From assembly GCA_016214035.1 (NCBI GenBank), contig JACRPF010000004.1, forward strand, positions 144,322 to 208,321: a stretch of 64,000 bases of DNA, in the 5' to 3' direction. Below are positions 54,922 through 63,864 of the stretch, piece after piece. The translations under genes were made by a program, and so were the position numbers. Position 1 is the stretch's first letter, and every line of letters begins with the position of its first letter. Source of the DNA: Spirochaetota bacterium (GTDB lineage Bacteria; Spirochaetota; Brachyspiria; Brachyspirales; JACRPF01). The notes under the pieces were generated by a model. That model did not search any database and was not told where the DNA came from. It saw nothing but the letters and a program-made list of their open reading frames with translations.

Positions 54922-57900
54922 CTATTGATTCAGCTTCAGCGTATACTTTCTTGATCTTGTCGTGCCACCTGATGCGCCGTTCTTCTCAAGCGAGTACATA
55001 AAAGGAACTCCCGTATCCTGCACGCGTACAGTGGTCTCATACGGGAACGAGTTCATCGTAACGCGCTGTTCCGCGCCGCCCGCCGTATATACAAGTGTCA
55101 GCGCTCCGTTCGTCATATCAGTATTGATGAACGCATCATAGTAATCATTCACCGGATGGGCGATGAGCACCGCTTCGATACGATTCCCCAGCGCAATATC
55201 CACTTCACGCATGAACGACGATTTATCGGCAACCGCCGGTTTGCCCCGTGTAACGAATTTCTTACGCTCGCTCGTACGCACGCCCATGAATGACAGCGCA
55301 CACACGCCCTTTGCCGAAACGGTAACGTTCACCGCCCCGTTCTTCATCTGCATCTTCACCGGTTTTCCATTATCTGTTATTATAGTAACAGTACCGTTTC
55401 TGTCACGCACCGTCAATCCACCGTCCAATGACACCGTCATCGCAGCTGGTTTATCGTCCTCGTTCATCAGCAATACGTAAAAATTATCGTTCCCGTACGC
55501 GGTGATGTAATTACACGCGTCCGATGAAAGCGCGATGAGCCCTTTCTTCATCGTCAGATATACATTGGTCTCGCCGTAGAACGTACCGGCCTCATGACCG
55601 TACATCCTGTTGATGAACCACACATAACCCTGCTGGAGAACCGACGGGAATCTGACGGCACCTTCCGAGCGGACATCGGCGCTGGTGATGAGATAGTCGA
55701 TGGTGAACGCGAGGTGCACCGGTATGTGATGATAATAGATATCCGAAAGATCCGGACCCTTGAACGGATATTCCGCGGTACGTTCTGTCGTCGACAGCAG
55801 GTGAATATAGTATCCCGGGTAATTCATGAACTGGCCGAGTATGCCGTTACGCGAATATGTCCAGTAACGTTTCTCCTTAGTAAGCCCGTAGAGCCGCATG
55901 AGATATGCCACCTCGCAGTTCTGACGAATCGGGAATATCGGCATCTCGGTTATGGGGATATCGTTCACGGTGAACGCGCGGGTGATGGTGAACGGCTGCT
56001 CGATGGACAATCCCACCGGCGACACCACCCATGCGGGAACAGTCTCCTCGCGAATGCCCGACGTATCCTTCAGGAAATCGGAGATTGGATACAGCGGCTT
56101 GATGCGATCAAGTGACTGGTCGTATGCGGAGAGATCATACCCGAGTCGGAAGCGCTTGCTGTCATACCACCACGGACTTGGACGCAGCGTCTTGAGTATG
56201 TCGTCGCGCTTGACCGAATACGTCTGTTGGAACGGATATGGATGGATGTAGAGCGTCGTCAGGAGCACATCGGCCGCTGTTTTCGCCGCCTCGAGCACGG
56301 CAGGGTCTTTCGTCTCTTCATACATATCCACAAGCGCCCAGAAATACGGCGGTATCGACACTTTGATGAATGCCTGATAATTGCGCGCATTCGATGCAGG
56401 CGTATCCACAAAATCAGCGATGTACTTTTTACATCCGGCAATGGCGTCGTCGAGATACTTCTTATCCTTGGTAAGCCGATATGCGTAGAGCTGTTCGCTC
56501 CAGAGCGGTATGGAATTATAACCGTTGTTGAGCTTCGCGCTGCCGTCGGGATTAAGGGCATCGTGATAGAACACCGGTGTCCGCCCGCGATACATCTCAT
56601 GAAAGCCTTGATACGTACTTGTACCGTACAGTTTTATCGGCCCGTCGAGGTCTACCTTGTCCACATAATGCGCCCCGTATTCGGTGGGGTGCGTAGGAAA
56701 ATGCTGCCGCCCGCGTGAAAAGAGGAATTCAACCGTTGGAAGCACCCGCTCATCATAGATGCGTTCATCTCCGGTGAGATAATACATCTCGAGCATGGTC
56801 AGGAGCGATGAATGCGACACCGTATTCTTGTTCTCTATCTGCACGAAACCCTTGTGCGGTGCGTTCCAGCCGGTAAGCTTGTCGTTCATGAGAAGTTCCA
56901 TCATATTGCATGCGGCTTCATACACGGTTCCGTTGTAGTTCTTCCGGCAGTCCGAAAGATAAAGCTGATCATAAGCGATATCGTTGAAGGCTTCGTTCCA
57001 CTTTTTCTCGGCGCCGTACAACCCGAATGAAAATGAGAACGGTGTTCCGGACCGCATCGCGCTTTTACGTGTTGCCGGCACCGGCGCGAATATCCCCGGC
57101 TGAACCATTTTCTTTTCGTTATGAATGGCGAACGCCGCAAACGACATATCATAGGCAAGCCAGGTGAACTCCTCGTCCTTGAGATTACCCGCTATTGCGC
57201 AGGATATCGTCTTACCGCTTCGTTTCGTCTCAACAAGCGACAGCGGTGCTGTTGCCACGAACGAAGGGAGTATCTGCATGGTCGACGGAAAACGACGCGC
57301 CTGATAGTAATACGGCATCAGGAAGTATGAGCATTCCTCCTGCGTCATCGGTGTGAACGCGTACGCACCCACCGTAGCGTAGCCATCAGCTTTCGGCGTC
57401 ACGGACACGGTAACGAAGGGATGTCCACCGGAGAATGCATAGGTTATCTTCGCCGTGAGAAATGCATTTTCCTTTATGAGCGTCACAGAATCCTTCGCCT
57501 TGGTCAGCACGCGTTCGCCGTAGAAATAGCTTTTGGTCTGCGCAGCAATAAAAGGGTCCTGAAATGTCACAACACTTTTCCGATGAAAGGAACCCACCGA
57601 ATACTCGCCTTCAGAAGCGAAAAACGGCGCATGTGAACGGTGCGGGTCGTAGAAGGCGTTGCTTTCCGCGGAATACAGATAGACGAAATATGAATCGCGC
57701 GGCGAAGAGATGAGCGTCCCGTTGCGATACATCGCCGGAGCAACTGCCGTTTCACCGCTGACGGTAAATGTTGTGAAAACAAGCTTGTAACCGTCATGCT
57801 CGATACGCACCGCTTCAGCGCCGGTGTCCGAAACCGGGGCGAACACCGATGCGCTGTTATCGTAGCCCGAAACACGTTTCGGCTGTTCATGCGCCACATT

Positions 57901-58938
57901 CTCACCGCCGCCTTTACCTGACGGTTTATAGTTGTGATCGAGTGTTAATAGAAGCTTATCGCAGCGGGCGAAAAACGCCGTTGTATCAAGCAGCATGAGC
58001 ACCGTCTGCCCTTTCCTGAGCGCAAACACTCCGCCGTCCTGCCACTCATAACCCTCTTTGCCGTGGTTTCCGAATTCCATGGCGGTGCGCACCCCGTTCA
58101 CCGACACGGCAAACTTCCTGGTACCGGGATTTTGTTTTGCGTAATCCTTGGCTCGTACCCAGAGCCTGAAACTGCCGTCCTGAGGCGCATTGAATACCGT
58201 TACCGCCGACGTCTCATCAGGCCGCGCATTCGAATCACTGCCGCCGAGGAGCACACCCGTACCGGAATCGGACATCGTCTTCCAGCCGCCGGGCAGCGTA
58301 AAATTCTCCGCCTCAATCCAGAGATATACCGGCATATTTTTATGCACCGCAGTCACGGTCGCCGCAGGTGCGTTTACGGCTTGAGGTATCGCCGCATCCG
58401 CATCATCGATGAACACCAGATGCGGCACACCGCGCGAAGCCCCGTCGATACCGTCATGTCCCGGTATATCAACCCGCCCCGCGTCAACGACACGTGTGTA
58501 CACGTCATCGACGAATTTACTTTTGCCGTCTGTAGACTGCCACTCGATGACAAGACCGGTCTTTTCCCAGCCGTCGGAAACGGTTACATTTCCGCGGCGG
58601 AGCACGGCGATATATACACGCGCTCTCGATTCAAGCGAGAACGACCACGCAGGCGACGCTTTTGAGCCGTCCCCCCGGCCGCAGATGACGACAGACTTGC
58701 CGACGAACGCTGCGGGGATACCGGTAATCGTATGAGCGCCGGAAAGTCTGTTCATGCCTACAGTGAACGGCAGAACCTTCCCCCGCATCGACGGTGTGAT
58801 ATCCCGGGGAACGGGAATAGCGGCAAGCACCAGTACCCCCGATAGAAATACTGTGACCGTCCGCAACATCATACGCATTATCCGCTGTATCATTGTCCGC
58901 TCCATTGAATACTGTTTAGTTCCGTCGTGATATTTCAC
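54922..58938 (-). CDS. Very large secreted/anchored protein (1338 aa), function unknown; probable glycan-binding or glycan-active protein
   Basis: ORF track. N-terminal hydrophobic anchor. An IEAENFTLPGGWK..FRLWVRAKDY segment is reminiscent of carbohydrate-binding beta-sandwich modules. The start overlaps the upstream gene by 4 nt. No catalytic motif recognised. Confidence 0.7.
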   Translation of the reverse strand: MKYHDGTKQYSMERTMIQRIMRMMLRTVTVFLSGVLVLAAIPVPRDITPSMRGKVLPFTVGMNRLSGAHTITGIPAAFVGKSVVICGRGDGSKASPAWSFSLESRARVYIAVLRRGNVTVSDGWEKTGLVIEWQSTDGKSKFVDDVYTRVVDAGRVDIPGHDGIDGASRGVPHLVFIDDADAAIPQAVNAPAATVTAVHKNMPVYLWIEAENFTLPGGWKTMSDSGTGVLLGGSDSNARPDETSAVTVFNAPQDGSFRLWVRAKDYAKQNPGTRKFAVSVNGVRTAMEFGNHGKEGYEWQDGGVFALRKGQTVLMLLDTTAFFARCDKLLLTLDHNYKPSGKGGGENVAHEQPKRVSGYDNSASVFAPVSDTGAEAVRIEHDGYKLVFTTFTVSGETAVAPAMYRNGTLISSPRDSYFVYLYSAESNAFYDPHRSHAPFFASEGEYSVGSFHRKSVVTFQDPFIAAQTKSYFYGERVLTKAKDSVTLIKENAFLTAKITYAFSGGHPFVTVSVTPKADGYATVGAYAFTPMTQEECSYFLMPYYYQARRFPSTMQILPSFVATAPLSLVETKRSGKTISCAIAGNLKDEEFTWLAYDMSFAAFAIHNEKKMVQPGIFAPVPATRKSAMRSGTPFSFSFGLYGAEKKWNEAFNDIAYDQLYLSDCRKNYNGTVYEAACNMMELLMNDKLTGWNAPHKGFVQIENKNTVSHSSLLTMLEMYYLTGDERIYDERVLPTVEFLFSRGRQHFPTHPTEYGAHYVDKVDLDGPIKLYGTSTYQGFHEMYRGRTPVFYHDALNPDGSAKLNNGYNSIPLWSEQLYAYRLTKDKKYLDDAIAGCKKYIADFVDTPASNARNYQAFIKVSIPPYFWALVDMYEETKDPAVLEAAKTAADVLLTTLYIHPYPFQQTYSVKRDDILKTLRPSPWWYDSKRFRLGYDLSAYDQSLDRIKPLYPISDFLKDTSGIREETVPAWVVSPVGLSIEQPFTITRAFTVNDIPITEMPIFPIRQNCEVAYLMRLYGLTKEKRYWTYSRNGILGQFMNYPGYYIHLLSTTERTAEYPFKGPDLSDIYYHHIPVHLAFTIDYLITSADVRSEGAVRFPSVLQQGYVWFINRMYGHEAGTFYGETNVYLTMKKGLIALSSDACNYITAYGNDNFYVLLMNEDDKPAAMTVSLDGGLTVRDRNGTVTIITDNGKPVKMQMKNGAVNVTVSAKGVCALSFMGVRTSERKKFVTRGKPAVADKSSFMREVDIALGNRIEAVLIAHPVNDYYDAFINTDMTNGALTLVYTAGGAEQRVTMNSFPYETTVRVQDTGVPFMYSLEKNGASGGTTRSRKYTLKLNQ

Positions 58939-60932
58939 TGCACCGGCATGCCGAGTCTCGCCCGGGCGCCCGGTGAATATTCATATGCGTTCCCCATTGA
59001 GACATTTCCCTGCTCGGCACTCTGCAGAAGCGCACGCTCATAGGATACATCCACCTCGCGTGTAAGCGGACGCATCATGACGTAGCGGTATTTATGCCAG
59101 AGGTCTCCCGCCGCTTCCGCGTTCACCGAACGCATCGCCTTTGCGCGCATGATAGAAAGCTGTTTTTCATCGGCCGCAAGCGAACGCCGCCAGTTCTTGT
59201 TGACGGTGAGATAATCCTGATAACCGCGCGAGAGATAATACGGCTCAAAGTCAGCGCGGAACTTATCGTACGACACCTGCCCAACCCAGTAGAGCGTATA
59301 GAGCTGCTGCCATTTGATGACCGATTCACCGCCGATGCTGAAGTTCATGCCCGGAAGCACGCCGTCGGGATGCGGCACGAAATATTTGAGCACGCCTTTT
59401 GCCGGTGCGCCTTTCACATACGGAGGCCAGCCGGTGATATCGTTAAGCGCGATGTTATTATCCTTCGCCACCATGAAAAGCAGAAAGTCTATCGTGGTTC
59501 GCCGGCGTTCCGGATCGCTTTCCGGCGTTGCAACGGCGAACTTGAAGCTTCCCCACGGGTCTTCGAACGCAGGGCCTTCCATATACTTATAAAGTTCGGG
59601 CGAATCAGGCCCCGGATACGGAAAGTCCATAACGCCGAGTTCGAATCCATTGTCCTCGGCCTGCTTCTGAAGCATACCCGCCTCCCACGTTCCAGTAGGG
59701 ATGAACAACGAGCGCGACTGTATGAACGACATAACCGCATCGTCACGGTTGAGTCCCGCAAAACCGGGAACTGAATACGCGCAGTAATTGGAAACAATCT
59801 CGAACTTTGCGCGGTACGGTCCATAGTTCATATCGATGCGTTTGAGTTTCATGGCGATATACTGTTCAACGGCGCTCACGCTGCAGTCGTGATTATAATC
59901 AACGATGGTGCGCGCTTTCGAGGTGATAGCGTTAAAGAGCCAGTTCTCGACGGCGTTCATGTGATATTTCGAATTCGCGATCGGCATCATCCGCTTGCCC
60001 GTGCGCACCGCTTCGTCAAGCATACGCCGCTGTTCGGCAATCTGCGCGTCGATACGTGCTGCATCGGAGCTTTTCTTTTGCCGTTCCGCCGAAAGCCGTA
60101 CCAGTTCATTGCTGTACGACGCAATGCTCTTCCGCGCGGCGGTGTCATAATACGGCTCTTTGGCGATAAGCGCGCACACATCCATGAACTCCTTGAACGT
60201 CTTCGGCGGATCATCGCTGCCGGTAACTTTTTTCAGCATAGACTTATTGTAATACATACGCACGAGATGCTGTGCGAGCCCGATGGTCATATACTCCTGC
60301 AGGTCTGCATTATAGCAGCTGCGAAGCCCGTCTTTTATGGTGTCGCGCAAAGGAGTGTTCTCGAATTCGGTGCCCTTGTTATACGGATTTGGCTTCATGA
60401 CATATTCGGTGAGCGGCGTGAAATACCGGATGTAGTATGAAATAAGAAGCGGATACGCCACGCCCGCCTCGTGCATGAGGTCCGCCGGTGTATGGCCTAC
60501 CATCTGCGTCGTATACCACTGCGCGTAGGTGGACTCGGGTATCGCCTCCTGGACGATGCGTACATTCGGGTGGAGCGCCGTGTAGCGCTTGATCATGAGA
60601 TTGACGCCTTCACGGGCGCCGGGCTCGAGATTCCAGTGCGCAAGCCGCACCGTGATGAGCTTTGCGCGTGATTCGCGCGGCAGCTTGATCTTTGAGCCGG
60701 GCGTAAGCGGCACCGCCGGTGACAGATCGGGATAATTCTCTTCGCAGAGCTTTTCCACCGTTGTCTGATATTCCTCGGCTATCCGCGCGAGCGTATCGCC
60801 CGTTTTTATCACATACTGCGTATCGGCAACCTGCACGTTGTTCACCGTGACAATCACCGCCGAAACGACGAACGCCGCCGCGATGATGAGAATGCCGAAA
60901 TACTTTTTTACAAACTCTTTCAAAGAATCCAT
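58935..60932 (-). CDS. TM-anchored LysM domain fused to an ABC-type extracellular solute-binding (family 1-like) domain
   Basis: TM (ILIIAAAFVVSAVIVTV). LysM signature YVIKTGDTLARIAEEYQTTVEKLCEENY..LTPGSKIKLP. An SBP-like body follows (ITVRLAHWNLEPG..IKRYTALHPNVRIVQEAIP..). Confidence 0.7.
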   Translation of the reverse strand: MDSLKEFVKKYFGILIIAAAFVVSAVIVTVNNVQVADTQYVIKTGDTLARIAEEYQTTVEKLCEENYPDLSPAVPLTPGSKIKLPRESRAKLITVRLAHWNLEPGAREGVNLMIKRYTALHPNVRIVQEAIPESTYAQWYTTQMVGHTPADLMHEAGVAYPLLISYYIRYFTPLTEYVMKPNPYNKGTEFENTPLRDTIKDGLRSCYNADLQEYMTIGLAQHLVRMYYNKSMLKKVTGSDDPPKTFKEFMDVCALIAKEPYYDTAARKSIASYSNELVRLSAERQKKSSDAARIDAQIAEQRRMLDEAVRTGKRMMPIANSKYHMNAVENWLFNAITSKARTIVDYNHDCSVSAVEQYIAMKLKRIDMNYGPYRAKFEIVSNYCAYSVPGFAGLNRDDAVMSFIQSRSLFIPTGTWEAGMLQKQAEDNGFELGVMDFPYPGPDSPELYKYMEGPAFEDPWGSFKFAVATPESDPERRRTTIDFLLFMVAKDNNIALNDITGWPPYVKGAPAKGVLKYFVPHPDGVLPGMNFSIGGESVIKWQQLYTLYWVGQVSYDKFRADFEPYYLSRGYQDYLTVNKNWRRSLAADEKQLSIMRAKAMRSVNAEAAGDLWHKYRYVMMRPLTREVDVSYERALLQSAEQGNVSMGNAYEYSPGARARLGMPVQ

Positions 60933-60945
60933 TTCATCCTCCTCG

Positions 60946-62601
60946 TTACTTTATCAATTCAAACCGCGCCGCATCAGCGCGGAGATATCCGCTTCCGTCG
61001 CCCTTCATGAGCACGTTACCGTTCGTCCCCTTCGCAAAGGTGAATACTCCTATCTCAACCCAGTCATTGCCGCCCTCGGTAAGATCGAGCGTGCTTTCAT
61101 TCATTCCCTTGTCATGCGTCACGGTGATCTTAGCCGCCTTCACATTGCCCGCACGCCCCAGCCGGTAGAGCGACACACGGTACTCTCCGGCCTGAACAAT
61201 ATCCGGACGCCACCATACTGAACCGTTGTCCTTCGCATCAAGATATTTCGACGGACTGTTCGCATACCCGAGCAGCGAGCTTTCCTTCCATGGTCCTTCA
61301 CAGATGAATTCGGGTTCATCCGGATACACGACGATGCGTGCGGGGTCTTTCACCGCAACGGCATCATCGAACTCATCTGATCGAATGCCGGTCATCTGAA
61401 CGAATTCAACCGCATCCACCGCGAGCCACTGTCCGGCCTCGGCCTCTGATGTGAACGCGATCATCGCTCCGTTCATTCCGGAAACGGAAATATTATCAAT
61501 CGTTATCTTCTGCCACTCGCCGGAATGCGGAACGGCAATGTTCATCTCAACTCCGCCATGCCCATACACCCGCATGCGTGCATTAATCTTTCCACCGGAA
61601 CTTTTCACCATCGCGGAAAGCCGATACGTTGCGGGCATTATGAACGGTATATGCTGCCGCGTGGTCACCGCGTACGTCTTGTCCGAGATATGCTTCAGCG
61701 CATAGCCCTTTGAAAACGCCTTCGGCTGATCCGAAACAATTGACGCATCGGCATCGCCGTCCTCGATCCAGGAAACCGGGAGCTGCATGTTCCGCCGGAA
61801 ACTTTTCTCAAACGAGGGCCCATCGTTGAATTCAAAATCACCGTTCGCGGCAAGATTGACGCCCACAAGGTCCCGCGCATAGTAGCGGAAATAATCCCAG
61901 CTCGATACACCGGGAAGCGCGCTGTCATCGATGGCTTTCCCGAGGTCCCACGCAAGCGCGGTGAACCACTGGTTCTGCGGCCCGTAGAATTCACGACGCA
62001 CGGTGACATTCGTGAACACCGGTTTTCCGTTAATGTAGAAGATGATCTTTCCAGGCAGCCATTCGAATCCGGCGGTAAAATCGTCCGTGGAAGAATCGAT
62101 TTCCGGATAAATTGCGTGGCCGTGAGACTTGTGACTGCCCACGTAGGTATGCCGGTTGAAAGCGATGTTCTTCGGCTTGATAGAATCTATCTCATATCCG
62201 TCTATTTCGGTGAGCTGATTCGCCTTCGGCGTATTCACCCCGTCACCGGCGACACCCATGGTCCAGAACGAGGAATGCAGTCCCGATTTTCCGTGGAGTT
62301 TCGCCTTCGTCTCGAAATAGCCGTAACCGAAAATACGTTTCGATATGATGCCGCCGCAGGTATATTGATTGCTGCCGCCGATGATCTCTTTCTTGAAATC
62401 AATGCAGAGCCGCCCGTTCTCCGTGCGCACATTCCCCGGCAGATTCAGCCCGTTGAAACGCGCCCCCGTACGATAGGTCCATTCCTTCATGTTCAAAGGG
62501 CCGTCGAATTCGTCGGCATACATCAGCGTGTACCGGTCCGAAGGCGGTACGGCGGAAAGTATGACGGCTGAACAGAAACAGACGATCACAAATCGCAGCA
62601 T
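60946..62601 (-). CDS. GH16-family glycoside hydrolase with C-terminal carbohydrate-binding-type domains
   Basis: I prefer the internal start MLRFVIV.. (signal peptide, AGAGG upstream) within ORF 60946..62661. GH16 catalytic motif EIDGYE with SSFWTMG upstream. CBM4_9-like NGDFEFNDG and a golvesin-C-like tail (GEYRVSLY..NDWVEIGVFTFAKG..ADAARFE). Confidence 0.75.
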   Translation of the reverse strand: MLRFVIVCFCSAVILSAVPPSDRYTLMYADEFDGPLNMKEWTYRTGARFNGLNLPGNVRTENGRLCIDFKKEIIGGSNQYTCGGIISKRIFGYGYFETKAKLHGKSGLHSSFWTMGVAGDGVNTPKANQLTEIDGYEIDSIKPKNIAFNRHTYVGSHKSHGHAIYPEIDSSTDDFTAGFEWLPGKIIFYINGKPVFTNVTVRREFYGPQNQWFTALAWDLGKAIDDSALPGVSSWDYFRYYARDLVGVNLAANGDFEFNDGPSFEKSFRRNMQLPVSWIEDGDADASIVSDQPKAFSKGYALKHISDKTYAVTTRQHIPFIMPATYRLSAMVKSSGGKINARMRVYGHGGVEMNIAVPHSGEWQKITIDNISVSGMNGAMIAFTSEAEAGQWLAVDAVEFVQMTGIRSDEFDDAVAVKDPARIVVYPDEPEFICEGPWKESSLLGYANSPSKYLDAKDNGSVWWRPDIVQAGEYRVSLYRLGRAGNVKAAKITVTHDKGMNESTLDLTEGGNDWVEIGVFTFAKGTNGNVLMKGDGSGYLRADAARFELIK

Positions 62602-62663
62602 GTAAGTACCTCTGATACCATAATATAATAGCATCAGTATACTGCAAGACACCCCGGACAATG

Positions 62664-62692
62664 TTGACTATTTTGACCGCGGATTGTACTAT
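62664..62692 (+). promoter_or_regulatory. Sigma-70-type promoter (TTGACT-17-TACTAT) reading toward the AraC/PocR-like gene
   Basis: TTGACT 62664..62669, a 17-nt spacer, TACTAT 62687..62692. It would give a leader of about 195 nt. Confidence 0.45.
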
Positions 62693-62703
62693 ATTTACCG
62701 AAG

Positions 62704-62744
62704 CGCCATAGCATCATTCCGCAAACCAGAATGATGCTATGGCG
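62704..62744 (+). promoter_or_regulatory. Perfect 15-bp stem hairpin in the predicted leader
   Basis: CGCCATAGCATCATT (62704..62718) pairs with AATGATGCTATGGCG (62730..62744) across an 11-nt loop. No T-run follows. Confidence 0.5.
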
Positions 62745-62758
62745 GTATCAACAATAGA

Positions 62759-62852
62759 ACACGCACACGGATGTGCGGAGTATTGCCTGACTCCCGCGCT
62801 AACGCCGAGCGCAAGCGACGCCGGATGCGTCGCGAAAGCGACAACAAATGAG
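62759..62852. repeat. Copy B of the dispersed structured element
   Basis: ACGCACACGGATGTGCGG..CCCGCGCTAACGCCGAGCGCAAGCGACGCCGGATGCGTCGCGAAAGCGACAACAAATGAGG. Hairpins are at 62762..62777 and at 62815..62821/62827..62833. Confidence 0.7.
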
Positions 62853-62891
62853 GAAGATATTGTGCGAATTCTGCGCGAATTTTAAATGTAG

Positions 62892-63725
62892 TTGTATATG
62901 CAAAAACCTATCGAATATCTCATCTCGCGGCTTGAAAAGGGCAACGTGCTCAGTATCAGTCCGCTGCCGCTCTCGCCGCTCCGTGACACCAAACACCTCG
63001 CCTACAGCAAGAACTGTTTTTATCACCACAGTGCGCTCTGCGAACAGATAAAAAAAGACCGGGCGAACCACAAGATATGCCTTGAGCACAAGAACCGGAA
63101 AGTGGCGTATGCGCTTGAGAACAGCGAGCCGTTCTTTGACATATGCCCGTTCGGCGTACTCGATTATGTTTGCAGGATAAAATCGCGCAATCCGCTCTTC
63201 ATCCTGTTCATCACCTACACCGAGACCGCATATGCCCCGCGGCGCGCGGCACGGGCATTGATGAGAATACCCGAAAACAGAATAGCCGCTGATCCGCGCG
63301 CAGCGTCATATTATCAGCAGATACAGCCGCTTCGCACCATCATGGAGGCTGCGCTCTTCGCCGGCATCGATATGCTTTCGTTACCGGCGAAAGAAAATCC
63401 GCTGACGAACAAAATATACATCGCACGCGACCTCGTTAATGATTATTTTAAAATTGATATCTCGTTGAAAAAAATAGCGACATCCCTGCATGTTTCTGAG
63501 CCGCTCCTCGCGCGTTATTATAAAAAGATATTCGGCGTCACCATGCATGATGACATCAACAACCACCGCATCGCATATGCGAAACAGCTGCTTGACAAGA
63601 ACTACCCTATCACCGAGACAGCGTTCGAGGCGGGGTATCATGACACAAGTTACTTCTGCCGTATTTTCAAACGGATAGCGGGGACGACGCCACGGGGATG
63701 GAAATCGCGGGAATCGCGGGCTTAA
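62892..63725 (+). CDS. AraC-family regulator with Cys-rich PocR-like N-terminal sensor region
   Basis: C-terminal double HTH (..YYKKIFGVTMHDDINNHRIAYAKQLL..ITETAFEAGYHDTSYFCRIFKRIAGTTPRGW). N-terminal ..LCEQIKKDRANHKICLEH..FFDICPFGVLDYVCRI resembles a PocR domain. Alternative start at 62898. Confidence 0.75.
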   Translation: MYMQKPIEYLISRLEKGNVLSISPLPLSPLRDTKHLAYSKNCFYHHSALCEQIKKDRANHKICLEHKNRKVAYALENSEPFFDICPFGVLDYVCRIKSRNPLFILFITYTETAYAPRRAARALMRIPENRIAADPRAASYYQQIQPLRTIMEAALFAGIDMLSLPAKENPLTNKIYIARDLVNDYFKIDISLKKIATSLHVSEPLLARYYKKIFGVTMHDDINNHRIAYAKQLLDKNYPITETAFEAGYHDTSYFCRIFKRIAGTTPRGWKSRESRA

Positions 63726-63756
63726 ATGACAATAGTAGATAATGAATAGCAACTAC

Positions 63757-63860
63757 AACGCACACGATGTGCGACAGTAATTTAAATTGAACTCTGCCCG
63801 CGATCGCTAGCGCCAGCGGTGCAGCAGCGCCTGACTGCTGTTGCCGGGAAACAACAAAAA
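63757..63860. repeat. Copy C of the dispersed structured element (more diverged)
   Basis: AACGCACACGATGTGCG..CCCGCGATCGCTAGCGCCAGCGGTGCAGCAGCGCCTGACTGCTG..AACAACAAAAACGAG. Hairpins are at 63759..63773 and 63822..63840. Confidence 0.6.
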
Positions 63861-63864
63861 CGAG

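Noticed and set aside
62848-63051. 67-aa Cys-rich ORF (MRKILCEFCANFKCSCICK..) overlapping the start of the AraC/PocR-like gene.
   Set aside because: It starts inside the repeat element and overlaps, out of frame, a gene with a clear AraC HTH. The Cys richness comes from TGC/TGT-rich leader sequence.
62759-63860. Integron attC sites flanking a gene cassette.
   Set aside because: I could not find the RYYYAAC / GTTRRRY core sites at the element ends. No integrase (intI) gene is in the window, and the bracketed gene has its own promoter-like sequence.
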